Assembly (NCBI RefSeq): GCF_033153115.1
Contig: NW_026889751.1
Coordinates: 32,426,001 to 32,490,000 of the forward strand
Direction: 5' to 3'
Source: Saccostrea echinata
Taxonomy: Eukaryota
Length of the DNA: 64,000 nt
Positions 48,662-61,566 of the stretch are shown here, in pieces. The position numbers were made by a program, and so were the translations under genes. Each line of letters opens with the position of its first letter. Positions within the stretch are counted from its first letter, which is position 1. The notes beneath the pieces are model-generated. The model had not been told where the DNA came from and searched no databases. It saw nothing but the letters and a program-made list of their open reading frames with translations.

Positions 48662-50426
48662 AGACAATTTATTGCTTATATCAGAATCTCCATATGGGCT
48701 ACAACATATACTGTCTTGACTCATTGCAAAGATACTGTAGTGACTGGAAGTTAAAAGTTAATACATACAAAACTAATGCTATGATATTTTCTAATTAGAA
48801 CCTGAAGTGAGTTGTTAAACAATGAGGTATAAAGAAAATTATTTAATTTTGTTAACGAATATAAATAGTTGCGTGTTGTCCTCAACAGAAATGGTAAATT
48901 GAAATAAACAAGTGAGAATTTAGTAAATAGAGCATTAGGAAGGCATATTTTACAATCAAATCAAACCTACAAACTGAAACAATTTCAGTTTAGAACTCTG
49001 GAAAAATTCACTTCAAGATTTATGAATTATGCATTATACCAATTTTGACTTACGCTTCATAAATTTAGATAAGAGATTTTAAACAATTCAATTGATAAAT
49101 AAAAGACTTTTGACAAAACTCCATTTGAAAAAAAAATCAAAATTTCATTTAATTTAGCAGACAGGATGGTGTTTTCTGATCATCCCATTATTTTCAGAAT
49201 ATATGAATTTTTGCATATATATCTTTAAAGATCACGGAAAATTGCCTCAAATCAGGAGAACTCGATCAAACTTACATTTACATCACGGCATATTTAGACG
49301 ACAAAAAAAATGGGAAAACTTGAATGGCAAAATTATATACGACGAATACTTAATGATTTTATTGATTCAAACGCTAAAGCAGTATCTACAAATGGTTTTG
49401 CAAATAATTTGAAAAATGTTTCGAGAATATAGTTTTCAGAGGCATTAAAAACATAAAAGAAAAGGCATCGGAAAATTGGCATTCTACAGCAAATTCATCA
49501 CAAAATCAAAACAAACTTGATATTGCATGTATAGTGTATTAACTGTCACACAGTTGTTGATGATGAATTGAACATCATTTTGTTTTTCTACTTGTATGTT
49601 CTCTATATAACCAACTGTGAAGTGAATATTGTACACTTCTTTAAAAATTCAAAATTTTCTGCTGATCTTTCAAAACTCCATAATACTGATTTTAAGCAAG
49701 GAAATGTACATTCATTTAATGCATCCAAAATGCAAAATGCACTGTAATCAATGTGACATCAATGTGAAATCATGTATGCAACACTAACCCACCCATGCAC
49801 CCACCGCCACAAGCGCGTTACTATGTCCCCTCCAACTCCTCTGAGAGGGAATACTTACATATAAGGTGGCATGGGATACCAGACGAAACTTCTCCTACAT
49901 ATTTATTTGTCTAAAGTAGTACGATTTGAAATACCCCACCTTTCAAATTGTAATTTTAATAATACATTAATTAATTAGCATATCAAAAGATACATAAAGT
50001 TTTTTTTTCCTTTGTATAACACCTTCTTTAAATATTAATAGTGTTGATAAGAAAAAATGACAAGAAATCTCTCTTAAAATTTTCAAGGATAGAAACGGGC
50101 TGAGAAAGGAACGACAACTCTAGATATAGATAAAGGGTTTGCCACCAACGACCTCCTATGAGAAATTTGAAGAGAAACTAAATTTTTGTCATAATTCAAG
50201 GTATAATTTTTTTTCTCTGTATGAAGAATTTTTTTTAGAAAGTTTTCGACTAGTAGGGATTCTTGAGTCAAACATACATTCATTATCAAATGTACATACA
50301 TTAAATTCCATGATTCAAACAAAACGAAAGTAGACCAGATGTACTTCTTGTTCCCATCTACTAGCCATGTTGACATGATAGAGGCATAGTCATTGTAATT
50401 AATGATCACACAAAGCATGCATGTAT

Positions 50427-50533
50427 CACAGGGGCATCTTATCCACCCTGTTCTTTATTACACATATAATAAATACACAAGTGTGCATTTATTTAGTTAG
50501 TTTATTATATGTGTGATAGAGAATGCCCCTGTG
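50427..50533. mobile_element. 107-bp palindromic MITE, 7-bp TSD catgtat (P-like)
   Basis: cacaggggca...tgcccctgtg with inner inverted repeat acacatataataaa/tttattatatgtgt; single catgtat at the paralogous site (~45684). Confidence 0.75.
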
Positions 50534-50622
50534 CATGTATATTGATAAAGAAATTGAGAAATTGATACTAAAACAATTTGATCAACAGATCCTCAATCTA
50601 GGTCGAGATCCACCATTTTGAT

Positions 50623-51158
50623 CATAGGCACTCCCCAGCTTAGGCCAAAAACAATAATAATTCTTGTTTCCTGCTACCAGCCTGAAAAAATAGGGTAGGA
50701 AGGTAGGAAAATTATTTTGTTTTATATTTTTATTTTATTTTTTTCCGACGACATTTTTTGAATATGAACTAATACAAGATCAAATTAAACATGTCATAGG
50801 TCAATATTGTCTTTTAAAATTAAATTTCATGTCTTTTTATGCACAACTCAAGTGGTATTTTATGAAAGTGCATATTTAAAACAAGAATTTCATGAAATGC
50901 TTGTTTTGTGTTAACACTGATATCAATTACGGTGACAGAACAATGAAATTCTGGAAAATTTCGATTTTTTTTTCTTCCTAAGCATGCTAAACTTTAAAAA
51001 AAACTTCAGGGTCGGGTGCAAAAAAAAATAGGGTAGGTGGGGTAGCAGGAAACAAGACCATTATTTTTTTGGCCTTTATTGTTAATTGTATAAAAAGTAT
51101 ATATCTACTACACTATAAACATATTATTTTATAACAATTAAGCTGGGTAGTGCCTATG
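50623..51158. mobile_element. hAT-like MITE (8-bp TSD attttgat) containing a nested TIR element (~50642-51075)
   Basis: Outer TIR cataggcact..ccagctt / aagctgggtagtgcctatg; inner TIR aggccaaaaa...tcttgtttcctgctacc / ggtagcaggaaacaaga...tttttggcct. Empty site ccaccattttgatgcct at ~21748. Confidence 0.8.
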
Positions 51159-51474
51159 ATTTTGATGCCTGCATTTGAAACTTATTGTATTTTTCCTAAG
51201 GATTATCACCTCAATTTGGTAATTTGATAACTTAGCATTTAGCACATGTAGTAGCAGTTAGCAATATACTCGTCATTTATGAGTAGGGACACTGCATTAC
51301 AGATCACCCTGGAGATAAAATAAGAAAGTTGACCTTTTTATTAAATAAATAATTCATTAAATGATGTACGTTGACAAGTTAATGACAGTATTTTGTAGCT
51401 TAATTTAAGAGAATTTGAATTCAAATGATAATTAAGCATCTTTAATTGTAACAGAGTCTCTGAGATATTGAGGC

Positions 51475-53142
51475 ATGGACCCCCGTACCAGTGCCCAGGA
51501 CGTGATGCGATGTGACCTGTGTGAGACCGCTGTGGTACAGATGCACTGTGATACATGTCTTGTCAACCTGTGTAAGGCCTGTGTGGGAGAACATTTTTCT
51601 GCTGATTTCTCAACACCACATAAAATAGTTGATTTCAAGGCTAGGAAATCTACTTTGATTTACCCTAATTGTGTGTCACATGATGTTGAATCATGTGAAA
51701 TGTACTGTAACGAATGTGACATTCCCGTCTGCAACACTTGCATTGCATCTGATCAACATCTAGGTCATAAATTATTGAAGATTTTAGAAGTTTTGAGTAA
51801 AAGAAAAGAAAAGATTATGAAGGATCGTACAGAATTAAATGAAACAATCTATCCGACATACCAGGGCATTGCCTGTGATGTAGAAGAGAGATTATGTCTC
51901 TTACAAAAGGAATACAAAAAGCTTTCAACAGCCATAACAAAACAAGGAGACATTTGGCAAAGGGAAATTAATGAATTTGTCAATAAACTAAAATCTAAAA
52001 CTGATGAAATGAAAAACAAACAGTTAGAAACTCTGCAGAAACATTTTGATGAAGTAAAGCAGAAAATCTCCGACATCCAGGATGAAATCAATTCAATCGA
52101 TGTTGCTTTAAATTCTACAAATATTTCTGAAGTGTTCAGTATTTTGTCTCCAGTGGATAAATACAGAAAACTTCCGAAGAAAATCATGTTTTCTGTCCCT
52201 AAATTTTCCCCCAATAAAATACAGGAAGATCATTTGTACAATTTTAATCCAGGTATTTTAGAAGAGCATGAATACAACCTGATAACAAAATCAGAATCAC
52301 CAGAAGCTGGATCCTTTCCTCCAGTCAAACAGCTGCTTGATCAACCAGAGACTGTCACCACCATAGACACGGGGTATAGAAACCTTTATAATGTGGCCTG
52401 TCTGAGTAATGAAGAAATCTGGACAAGTGGAAATGGCAGCATCTTGAAACTTTTCAGCATCAATCAGGGATCACTACTCAAGTCAATCACAGCCAAGTCA
52501 TGGACAAGACCAGAGGGCATCGCAGTGACAAAAAAGGGAGATCTAGTCTATACTGATCAGTTTGATAAAACTGTGAACATTTTGAAGAATGAGAAGATAG
52601 AGGAGGTGATCAAACTACAGAACTGGGTGCCTAGCGGTCTCTGTAGTACCTATTGTGGGGACCTGTTGGTAACTATGTACATTCATAACAAGCAATCAAA
52701 GGTTGTCCGTTATTCTGGATCTACAGAAAAACAAACCATTCAGTTTGATGAGACTGGTAAGCCTCTCTTTTCGTTCGGTACTTACGATAATTTTATCAGT
52801 GAAAATCTGAACCTTGATATCTGCATGACTAACAGTGAAACAAAAGAAGTAGCTGTGGTCAGTCAGGCCGGGAAACTGAGATTCAGGTACACTGGACATA
52901 CTATTGCTCCAAAGAACCAACCATTCAGTCCACGAGGAATCACCACAGACAGTCAGAGTCACATCCTTACAGCTGATTATAACAATCACTGTGTCCACAT
53001 CATAGACCAGGATGGACAGTTCCTCCGTTACATAGACTGTGGACTGAGTAAACCGTATGGACTGTGTACAGATAAAAATGATTATCTGTATGTTGCTCAA
53101 CAGTTTGAGAAAGAAGTGAAGAAAATCAAATACCTGAAGTGA
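51475..53142 (+). CDS. RING-less TRIM-like protein copy 7, intact 555 aa
   Basis: Same domain order and Cys/His spacing as copy 2; uninterrupted ORF; acceptor taacag at 51454. Confidence 0.95.
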   Translation: MDPRTSAQDVMRCDLCETAVVQMHCDTCLVNLCKACVGEHFSADFSTPHKIVDFKARKSTLIYPNCVSHDVESCEMYCNECDIPVCNTCIASDQHLGHKLLKILEVLSKRKEKIMKDRTELNETIYPTYQGIACDVEERLCLLQKEYKKLSTAITKQGDIWQREINEFVNKLKSKTDEMKNKQLETLQKHFDEVKQKISDIQDEINSIDVALNSTNISEVFSILSPVDKYRKLPKKIMFSVPKFSPNKIQEDHLYNFNPGILEEHEYNLITKSESPEAGSFPPVKQLLDQPETVTTIDTGYRNLYNVACLSNEEIWTSGNGSILKLFSINQGSLLKSITAKSWTRPEGIAVTKKGDLVYTDQFDKTVNILKNEKIEEVIKLQNWVPSGLCSTYCGDLLVTMYIHNKQSKVVRYSGSTEKQTIQFDETGKPLFSFGTYDNFISENLNLDICMTNSETKEVAVVSQAGKLRFRYTGHTIAPKNQPFSPRGITTDSQSHILTADYNNHCVHIIDQDGQFLRYIDCGLSKPYGLCTDKNDYLYVAQQFEKEVKKIKYLK

Positions 53143-53475
53143 ATTCCAGATGTCCAACACTGCAATAGATTAGTATACAAGTGTGCAGTAAATGACGATA
53201 ACTATAGAATTTGCTTTTGTGGCTTATATTTGACTGCTAGTTTATAATATACTTAGGTAGGCATTCAGTGATTGTGAACAAATATTGAATATCTCTATTA
53301 AATGCTTGATGAAATTTCATAAATATAAACAAAAAACAGAATTTGTCAGTGTATTTAACTTTCTAAAATGTACTCTAATTTTTCAGTCCATGCACTCTTT
53401 GGTGACCTCTGGGTCAAGGGTTAAGTCAAATTATTACAAATTAATAACTACTGGGAAAACCTAGGGATCATGCTT

Positions 53476-54042
53476 TTTATGCCCCCGTAATCAAAGATTC
53501 GGGAATATATAGTTTTTGCACTATCCGTCCGTCCGTCTTTCTGTCTGTCTGTCTATTTGTCCGCAAAAACTTAAACCTTTCCCATAACTTTTGAATGGGT
53601 TGGCTATGGCTTTCATATTTTGTAGGTGTATTCCTTGTGACAAGACCTTTCTTCGGGTACCAACAAATTTGACCTCTAGACCTTGACCTTGGAGTTTGAC
53701 CCACTTTTGAAAAAATTTTAACCTTGGCAATAACTTTTATCCAGTTTTGGACTTTCATACTTCACATGTGTATTCATTGTGACAAGACCTTTTAATGGGT
53801 TTAAATAGTTTTGATCTTTTGACCTCGACCTTAGAGATTGACCCTCTTTTGAAAAAAAAACATTTACCTTGGCCATAACTTTTGAACAGTTTGTACTAGG
53901 GCTGTCATTTTTCACAGGTGTATTCCTTTTGACAAGACCTTTTTTTAAGATACCAACAATTTTGACCTTGACCTTGGAGTTTGACCAACTTTTGAAAAAC
54001 TTTAACCTTGGCCATAACTTTTGAACAGTTGGTGCTAGTAAC
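53476..54042 (+). mobile_element. Helentron/HINE-like element with (gtcc)/(gtct) microsatellite and ~140-146-bp tandem repeats
   Basis: T-run then atgcccccg...cggg, microsatellite at ~53523-53555, then about 3.3 units marked by accttggccataacttttgaa and ttgaccttgacct. Layout is typical of bivalve HINE/satellite elements. Confidence 0.7.
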
Positions 54043-54182
54043 CTCCCCCCCCCCTTCCCCCCGCCAACACACAACTTAGAAAACATGTACGATATAAAAA
54101 AAAAATAAATAATATACCTGTATCACTATCTACAAATTGTACGTGTATATTAAACCTTGATATTTTTGTATATACAATGTAT

Positions 54183-55249
54183 TGTGACAGGATTTGGTTT
54201 TACCCTCAAACCAAGGTACCACTCACGGCACCAATGTAACCGGAATTCGCTACATGGTATCAATGCAATTTAGGAAATTCCACAATACCAGTGTAACGAA
54301 AATGACCGTATAAAAATACCTCTTAAATATCACACACTTTCTTTTTCAATAATAGTACTTCGCGTTTTGTACCAACTTCTTATTAACCAATTAATAAACC
54401 TTTTGTATCTCAAATAGTCACGAAAGTGACTTACCAAACCAAGAATTTTAATAACAAGAGTTTGCAAATTAACAAGTATTTATTATAGCAACAATTGTGT
54501 TTAATTAACAGCACAAAAATATTTACATTAAATTTTATATATTTACAACGAAAACTGATGTACTAACGATCTTCCTATATACTTATGGGCCTCAATAAAA
54601 ATATTGCCTACCTAACAGATGTACGAAGTCCAGAGCCCGTCCTACCCAACGCTAAGTCCGAAGAGAAGTGACCCACCCCTGCACGAAAAATCTACTATGC
54701 CTAACCTAACCGGTTTACCAAAAATAGAAATAAGGAACTGGAAATTAACAATAAAATGGACGTATAAATAAGGAAAACAAAAAGGACAACTTAAACGAAT
54801 GAACGAGACAATGCATTACCAAGAATTTTGAACGAGACAGAGACAGAGACCGGGATCCACCCCTCTAATCAAAAAGTGAGCTGGTACGAACCTTTGAGAA
54901 GGTTCCAGACCAACTGAAGTATAAGTTTAAATACACCGCGATATGGAGGTGTGTTTCTCTTATCCAATCAACAACTGAATTCTATGTATAACTCAGACAA
55001 GGACATTTCCCAAATCATACTGTAAAACAAGAGAGTTTCCGAATGTAAAATAAAAATTTAACCAATCAGAAAATTTGTTGCTGTTAACTCTAAGCTGAAT
55101 CGACAATGTGTTTTGACACAGGAGCGGGAGAAAGAGATCATGGTAAATATTGCTAAAAATCAGTACTTAAAACTTTGCCGTCGATTATTAATGCAAATTT
55201 TATTAACAGTTATAAAGACTATAATATTATAAAATCCAATCCTATCACA
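54183..55249 (-). mobile_element. Solo LTR (Ty3/Gypsy-like), 1067 bp
   Basis: TG...CA with short inverted ends tgtgacagga/tcctatcaca; 4-bp TSD gtat. Strand inferred weakly from CCAAT/TATA/AATAAA order. Confidence 0.8.
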
Positions 55250-55381
55250 GTATATTTAACTTCGTATTTTACATATGCTCTGAAGAGCAGAGGAAATTCT
55301 GGTCGATAAATTCGATCTACTTCTCCACTTTAGAAGTAAATTTGTCGTGATTTTTGTCAGTTGACTGAATTTACGAATTAA

Positions 55382-56267
55382 GGACATTGGCAAGTCAAGG
55401 TTTTTTCGGAGAAAAAAGGCTTAATACATGGGTTTTTTTCACTTATGAAATAGTGATGGAGAGTGATCTCCCGTGTAAAATTCTCTAAGCGGTGAAAACC
55501 AATAAAGCGTGTGTTTACAGAGGTAAACAAAAGCACATGTACTTCCTTCAACGGGTAGAATCATCTATACAGCAAGAAAGAAAAGTAGTAATGGCTTTGT
55601 TGTAAATTGTATTCAGGGGACAAAGAGCCAACAGGTCGTAATTTACCATAGTTATGCTCAGTATGCTGGGAAGGGCAAAGATGTGACATACGCTGAAAGG
55701 TAGACCGACTGAGATCAGTTCTCAGGTTGTATGAAGGAAGCAGCATTTAGTAACTACGAATAAGATTTGAAATAAATCCATGCCAATATTTTTATGACAA
55801 TGTGTTTCAATCAATTCAGTCAATTACATGATAGAATCAATCAACCAGTCTGACTCTCTTGACCATTATGAATAATATGTAATTATAGCTGTTAAGGGAA
55901 GTAACTCAAAAATAAAGATCGGTGCCAGTATGTTCTTGTCCTGTTTCTATATATACATTTTCAGCCAAAATATCTAGAAGTCATAGGAAATGAAGATACA
56001 ATAATGTATATAAAACAAAAACTATATGAAATAAGTGGGTTTTGGAGAAATATTATGGTGAAAAATTATGTAGGTCCCTTTTATCAACATTTTACATAGG
56101 AAATGCATTGAGAATCGCAAAAACACTGATTTGACAAAATCTAAAAAAGAAGCCTGGCTTGGTACAGTAGGTTAAACAATCCAGAATATAGTCTGTTTAG
56201 TACAATTAAACCTACTCAAGAGTTCTTGAAAAATTCTATACTATAACCAGGAACCTTGCCAATGTCC
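55382..56267. mobile_element. Kolobok-like non-autonomous element (TTAA TSD, GG...CC termini)
   Basis: ttaa|ggacattggcaag ... cttgccaatgtcc|ttaa. Confidence 0.8.
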
Positions 56268-58278
56268 TTAAAAGAAACTTTAGAATAGTAAAATACGTTT
56301 AGGGGAGGGGGTGGGGCTTTAAAGTCTTCAACAATACATTTACATCAATGATTACGGTATCGTAACGATGTTTGACTCACAGTGCCAACATAATTCTAGA
56401 GACGTGGTTCTGAAGTATAAAGACGTATTTAAAATAAATTTTTAATTTTAAAATAATATTTATAAATTCAACTAGCAGTTATACGGTTAGATGGAAGTGT
56501 AAAAACATATTACTAGTCTTTGTTCCTTCATGCGTTAAGTCCAGCAAGGGTCTAGGAGATAATTAATTATGCAAGATGAAGCAAGACAAAGTGCCCTAAT
56601 TAAGATAAAATTTAAGTGCTCTGTCTTAAAAATTGAAATACGGTAGATTTGATTAAAGTTTCAGTTAGAGAGAATTTATGTTCTGATTTTCTGATTATCA
56701 CAGAATTTACTGTGTCGCATAATTTTTACTGTGTCGCACGCATAAAATTTGAATCGTTACTGTGTTGGGGAAAATTTACTGTGTCGGGGCCGACACAGTA
56801 AAACAGCTCTTGGAGAACCCTGTATCTTATTTAAATATAATATCCAGAAGTATTAATCCAATGCAGAAAATGGATGTCATTTTTTCTGTATGTTGAAAGT
56901 ATTATTTCTTTTGAGAGTGTAATTTGGTGTGTTCAAATTTCACCTGAAATTGTATGATTGCATTTGTCCTTCTGTAAAAATACTCCTGTGCAAGGAACAA
57001 TGTATGCAGTTACATATCTATAGGGAATGTACACTTATTACACTTATTATACAAAGAAAATTTAAAAATTGAATTATTTGCGTAAACTATTAAAAATTAA
57101 ATATTGCACTTTAAAATGCTCCTTTAGATGTTACTATCTGATGCAGAAAATTGGTCACTGTATGTCGCGCAGACAGGTTCCTGGAATTATTATTTTATTG
57201 CATTACTATACAATAGTTACGAATAGTATACATTTTTAACTGTATAGAGTAAGTAAATGGTACTGTGGAACACGAGATCAGGGATCACATCAATTATTGT
57301 AGACTCCTTTAGAGTCTAAACTATTGTATAATCTGTTAGATGCTATTATTATACTGTGGAGCTGGCTGTAATGCCTTAAGTGACTTAATCATGCAAACTA
57401 TAATTTATATCCATTCTTTAACAAGCAATATGATTTTGTATAATATTCACATCAAAAGTAACATTTAAAACTGCAAATATTAAGTGCTATTTGAAAATAA
57501 AAGACATTGTGCGTTTATATAACATAGTTATATTTAATTCTAAAGCTCATTTTTTAAATGTACTCTAATAAACGTCTCCTTCAACAAATTGTCTACATTA
57601 CCTTAATTTTCTTCCTTTTATAGATAATTGCTTTTAAATAAACACGAAATAAATATGTTTCCATTCAGGTTAAAATGTTGCAATTAAACATCGCAATTCA
57701 TTTACTGCAAAGTGTTCAGTATTCAGTTCGAAGCTAATAACACAGAAAACAGTGGGCTTTTGATGCCTGGGGCTTTCTGGTGTCTCAAAAATGCAATTAA
57801 AAAGTTTCAATTTATAGAAATATTTAAACCTCCAGTGTAACCATTAGAGTACTGAGAAAGCAATTAAAGAGATTGGGGTTTAAAGAACATAATCTGCACC
57901 ACAGTAAAGTGATCTTTTAGAGAACCTTGTTAATTTTGCTTCTTTCTGTTCACGGATTGGTTACAAGTGTTAGAACCTGTCTGATAATCCCCGGTAGTCA
58001 GAAATAGGACTGTTTATATAAATAAGAGGCCTTATCTGAAAAGATTATCATTGTACTGTATTGATGCGACCACCTGAGGCGCAACCTGCCTCTTGACAAT
58101 ACAATACCGTTATAAGTGGACAATGTTGTTTTATTTTCTTTAAGGATTACTCAGATTTTTTCTGGGACAATGGAGTTGTTTTATTTACTCTGAGAATTAG
58201 TTTCAATTGACTTTTACGAAACACAGTTTTACACAAAATGTGACTACCATTGTTCGATTCAGGATTTATTTTGTAACA

Positions 58279-58935
58279 ATGGTGGATGTGAGCGGTGCTA
58301 AATATTTTGATGCCATTTCTAACAATAAAAGACAGGAGTACAAACTGAAAGAAGCGGAACACAAAATAAATGATTCTAAAAAGCGGATGCTTCTGAGATA
58401 CTGGAAGGACAAATATGACTTAATGAACGACCTTGTTCTTCTTCACGTTAAAACGCCCAAGTTCGTGCCGCCGGACAAAATAAACTCCACGACGTCATTA
58501 CCATCTAATGGAACAAGAATAGAAATACAAAACGTCTGTTTGGACAGCAAATTTCTCACAAACAAACCCACCACCACGGGCCGGAAACGAGTCGTCTTCA
58601 CTTCCGCTCCCGTTATTGATATTCAAGGAGAGGATGCAGTGTGTTATCCTAACAAACAAGCCAAACACGGACGGACCGTACATATGAATTATCCGCTCAG
58701 GAGACGGCTTGAAGTGGCTAGAAATCTAGAAAAATCTCTTATTTCTCTAGAACTGCGGAAAGACTTCCGGTCTCAACCCGCGGAAAAATACGACAGGAAC
58801 GTGGGTTGGAGTGCGCTACGCCCGAAAACGACCGGAAGATTGAGGAAACGGGGTGAATTTGTTAGTGATTTGTCTTCATATAAAAGGGCAGAGACTTCAC
58901 TGGGATTCTCTCTAGAACGTGGTTCTTCTACATAA
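58279..58935 (+). CDS. Uncharacterised basic protein, 218 aa, single coding exon
   Basis: GC-richer open frame; ATG in acaATGG context just after a candidate acceptor ttcag; partial paralog at 27479. No domain recognised. Confidence 0.7.
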   Translation: MVDVSGAKYFDAISNNKRQEYKLKEAEHKINDSKKRMLLRYWKDKYDLMNDLVLLHVKTPKFVPPDKINSTTSLPSNGTRIEIQNVCLDSKFLTNKPTTTGRKRVVFTSAPVIDIQGEDAVCYPNKQAKHGRTVHMNYPLRRRLEVARNLEKSLISLELRKDFRSQPAEKYDRNVGWSALRPKTTGRLRKRGEFVSDLSSYKRAETSLGFSLERGSST

Positions 58936-60062
58936 AATGGATATTTTAAGAATGTGTTCACGAACAAAGATGTCTGAAATAGTCTGGAAGTATGTTAGTG
59001 TATACCTGTTAGGGTCTTGCTATCAAATTTTTGTTAATCTTGAATTGAAAATGGTGCTATACTCATTTTAGACGTGCGGCTTTTCATAGTTGAAGTATAT
59101 GTGCAATTATTGTCATGTATCATTTAAGGATAAAACGGGACCAAAGTGGCTTCTTTTATCCTTTTAAAATATGTGCCGTCAATGCAATACATAAACCTAG
59201 TGTAAAGACAGTCGCAAATAACAAAATAAAGAAAGTCAAAGAATGGATTTAAAATTAATGATCCATTATTAATAAATGAAAGATATTAATGAATAATTAA
59301 TACTGACCTTAACAAAGATACTCTGACTTCTGATATCAAAATTAAGTCTATAGAAAATGGAGGTCATGTTGTGACAGGTATACATCTAATTTGTTCCTTT
59401 TCATTATTGTAGGTCTAATCAATTAATAAATAATTAATTTCACAAAGGGCGACATATTAGTACATTGATTCCATATAAGTATATTCTATTCTAGATTTAG
59501 TACATGTATATATCAAAAACAATTTTTCCTCCTAATGGAGGGATATAATGTATATAACTAATAGAGATAAGTTCATACAAATGTAAATGAAAATTGATTT
59601 TTTTTTTTTAAATCGCCACGAGTGGAGAAAAATGACATTAAATTGAAAGCCACTTACATATGTAATTCTAATTTTATATCCGGTTTCAAAATCTTTAAAA
59701 TCCTGATGATTTAGATATGTCCTTAGGAGAACAATTCAGTTTTTGATATTCGTGTTGCTTAAATCTGAAATTCAAAAATATCTTGCTGTTTAATTTTCCG
59801 TTACAGATAAAACTTCACGTGTGGTGGTGAAAATTCTTTAACGAACATATTAAGTAGAAAATTGTTCTTAACACTTAAGGTTGTCCTTCTGTTTGCTATA
59901 ACGACATTATGTTGATATCAGAGACTCATAAAGGAAATAACTAATTATCTTTTGATATATGCAATATCTAACTTTATGTCAATAAATTATAAAATATTAA
60001 TGAACTTTTATTGATTAGTTAATTCTCAGTGCATTATAAGCTTTTCCTACTTTTTTTTCTTT

Positions 60063-60096
<34 letters not shown>

Positions 60097-60282
60097 CCTA
60101 TTTGTTTTGATGTTACGAATTAATCACAATATCTTACTGAAAACCTTAAAATTAGCCAAATGGAGAGAACGTGCAAGATGAGCATGTGTGTCGAGCGGTT
60201 TTTGCCGCGGGACGTTCGTGGTGCTGATAAGACAAAGATATATAGATAAAGGTTAAGTTAAGTGTACTTGATTTAATGAACC

Positions 60283-61479
60283 ATGGCGGTGAGAGTCCCT
60301 CATCAAAATCTCCGTAAAATCCTCACCCAGCTCGAATCCGGACTACCCGAGTCCGCTCAGGTAGGTCAAAGGTCAATATATCGTTAGATGTTCAGTAGTA
60401 AAGTATTTATATCTCTTCATAATTCATACAATTTTATCAGTCAGCTGCTCCCTTATCAGTTATTTTAGCAAATTATTCAGTAAAACATAATTGTGTAAAA
60501 GATTCAGTGACTTCCGATTCGAATCAATGATGTAAATTCCCATTTTAAAACATGTTTAGGTTCAATCACCAAGGAATGAATACAATTTTATAACGAGAAA
60601 TTATAATATAACTTCTTTGGTCACCGCATATTGAAAATCTACTGTCTAATGCCTACAAAAAATTATCTCTTTTGAAAAAATTAAAATTTAAAGTGAATCG
60701 AAAAACTCTCTCATGTATATACATCATTCAAAAGACCGCGACTAGAATACGCTTCAGTGGTATGGGGATGCTGTCAGTATAGTGATAACGATAAGTAAGA
60801 AAAACTGCAACTTTATGCTGCTAGAATTGATACAGGGTTAACAACAATAGCTTCCAAAGATTCACTCTATTTTGAAACGGGATGGGAACCTCTTAGTTGT
60901 AGAAGACAAGAAGCTAGATTAAAAACAATGTTCAAGCTTCGTAATAATTTAGTGTCTGATTACTTAATGGACATACTTCCAGATATGCGCTGTAACTCAT
61001 CTATTTACTCTACAAGAAATTCTCAAAATTATGATATTCAAAATGTCGATTACAAACTTATAAGTCTACATTTATTCCTACTGTAGTTAATGAATGGAAC
61101 TCAATTCCACTCGAAATTCGAAATTTACAGTCAATGTCAAGATTCAATTCTAAAATTAGTACTAAAAAATCTGCTCCACCATCATACTTTGATTACGGTA
61201 ACCTTTATGCTCGTGTGGTAAAGTAGAGGATACATATCATTATTTTTTTTGTATGTCCCAAGTATGTGAAGACCAGAAATGAATTTTTAAATAAATTTTT
61301 ACAATTTGACAAAATCCACATTCTAGATACTCATGTCTTATTATGGGGGGTAGATTCATTGAATGCTGCAGAGAATGAACGTCTCTTTTTCTTTTGTTCA
61401 AACATTTATTAAACATTCAGGGAGATTACCTTGTTAGCATTGATCAATGTATTAGTATATGTATATGTACAAAATTATT

Positions 61480-61566
<87 letters not shown>

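Noticed and set aside
5439-53142. RAG-like somatic rearrangement of TRIM segments
   Set aside because: Only one heptamer-ended element, no nonamers, no signals flanking the genes and no recombinase in the window.
22494-53160. Antisense ORFs over TRIM genes (22494-23000, 23464-23811, 51849-52214, 52696-53160 and others)
   Set aside because: Shadows of the sense CDS; their recurrence follows from paralogy and their limits vary between copies.
53477-54086. ORFs 53477-53758, 53521-53730 and 53718-54086
   Set aside because: Translations of HINE/satellite repeats.
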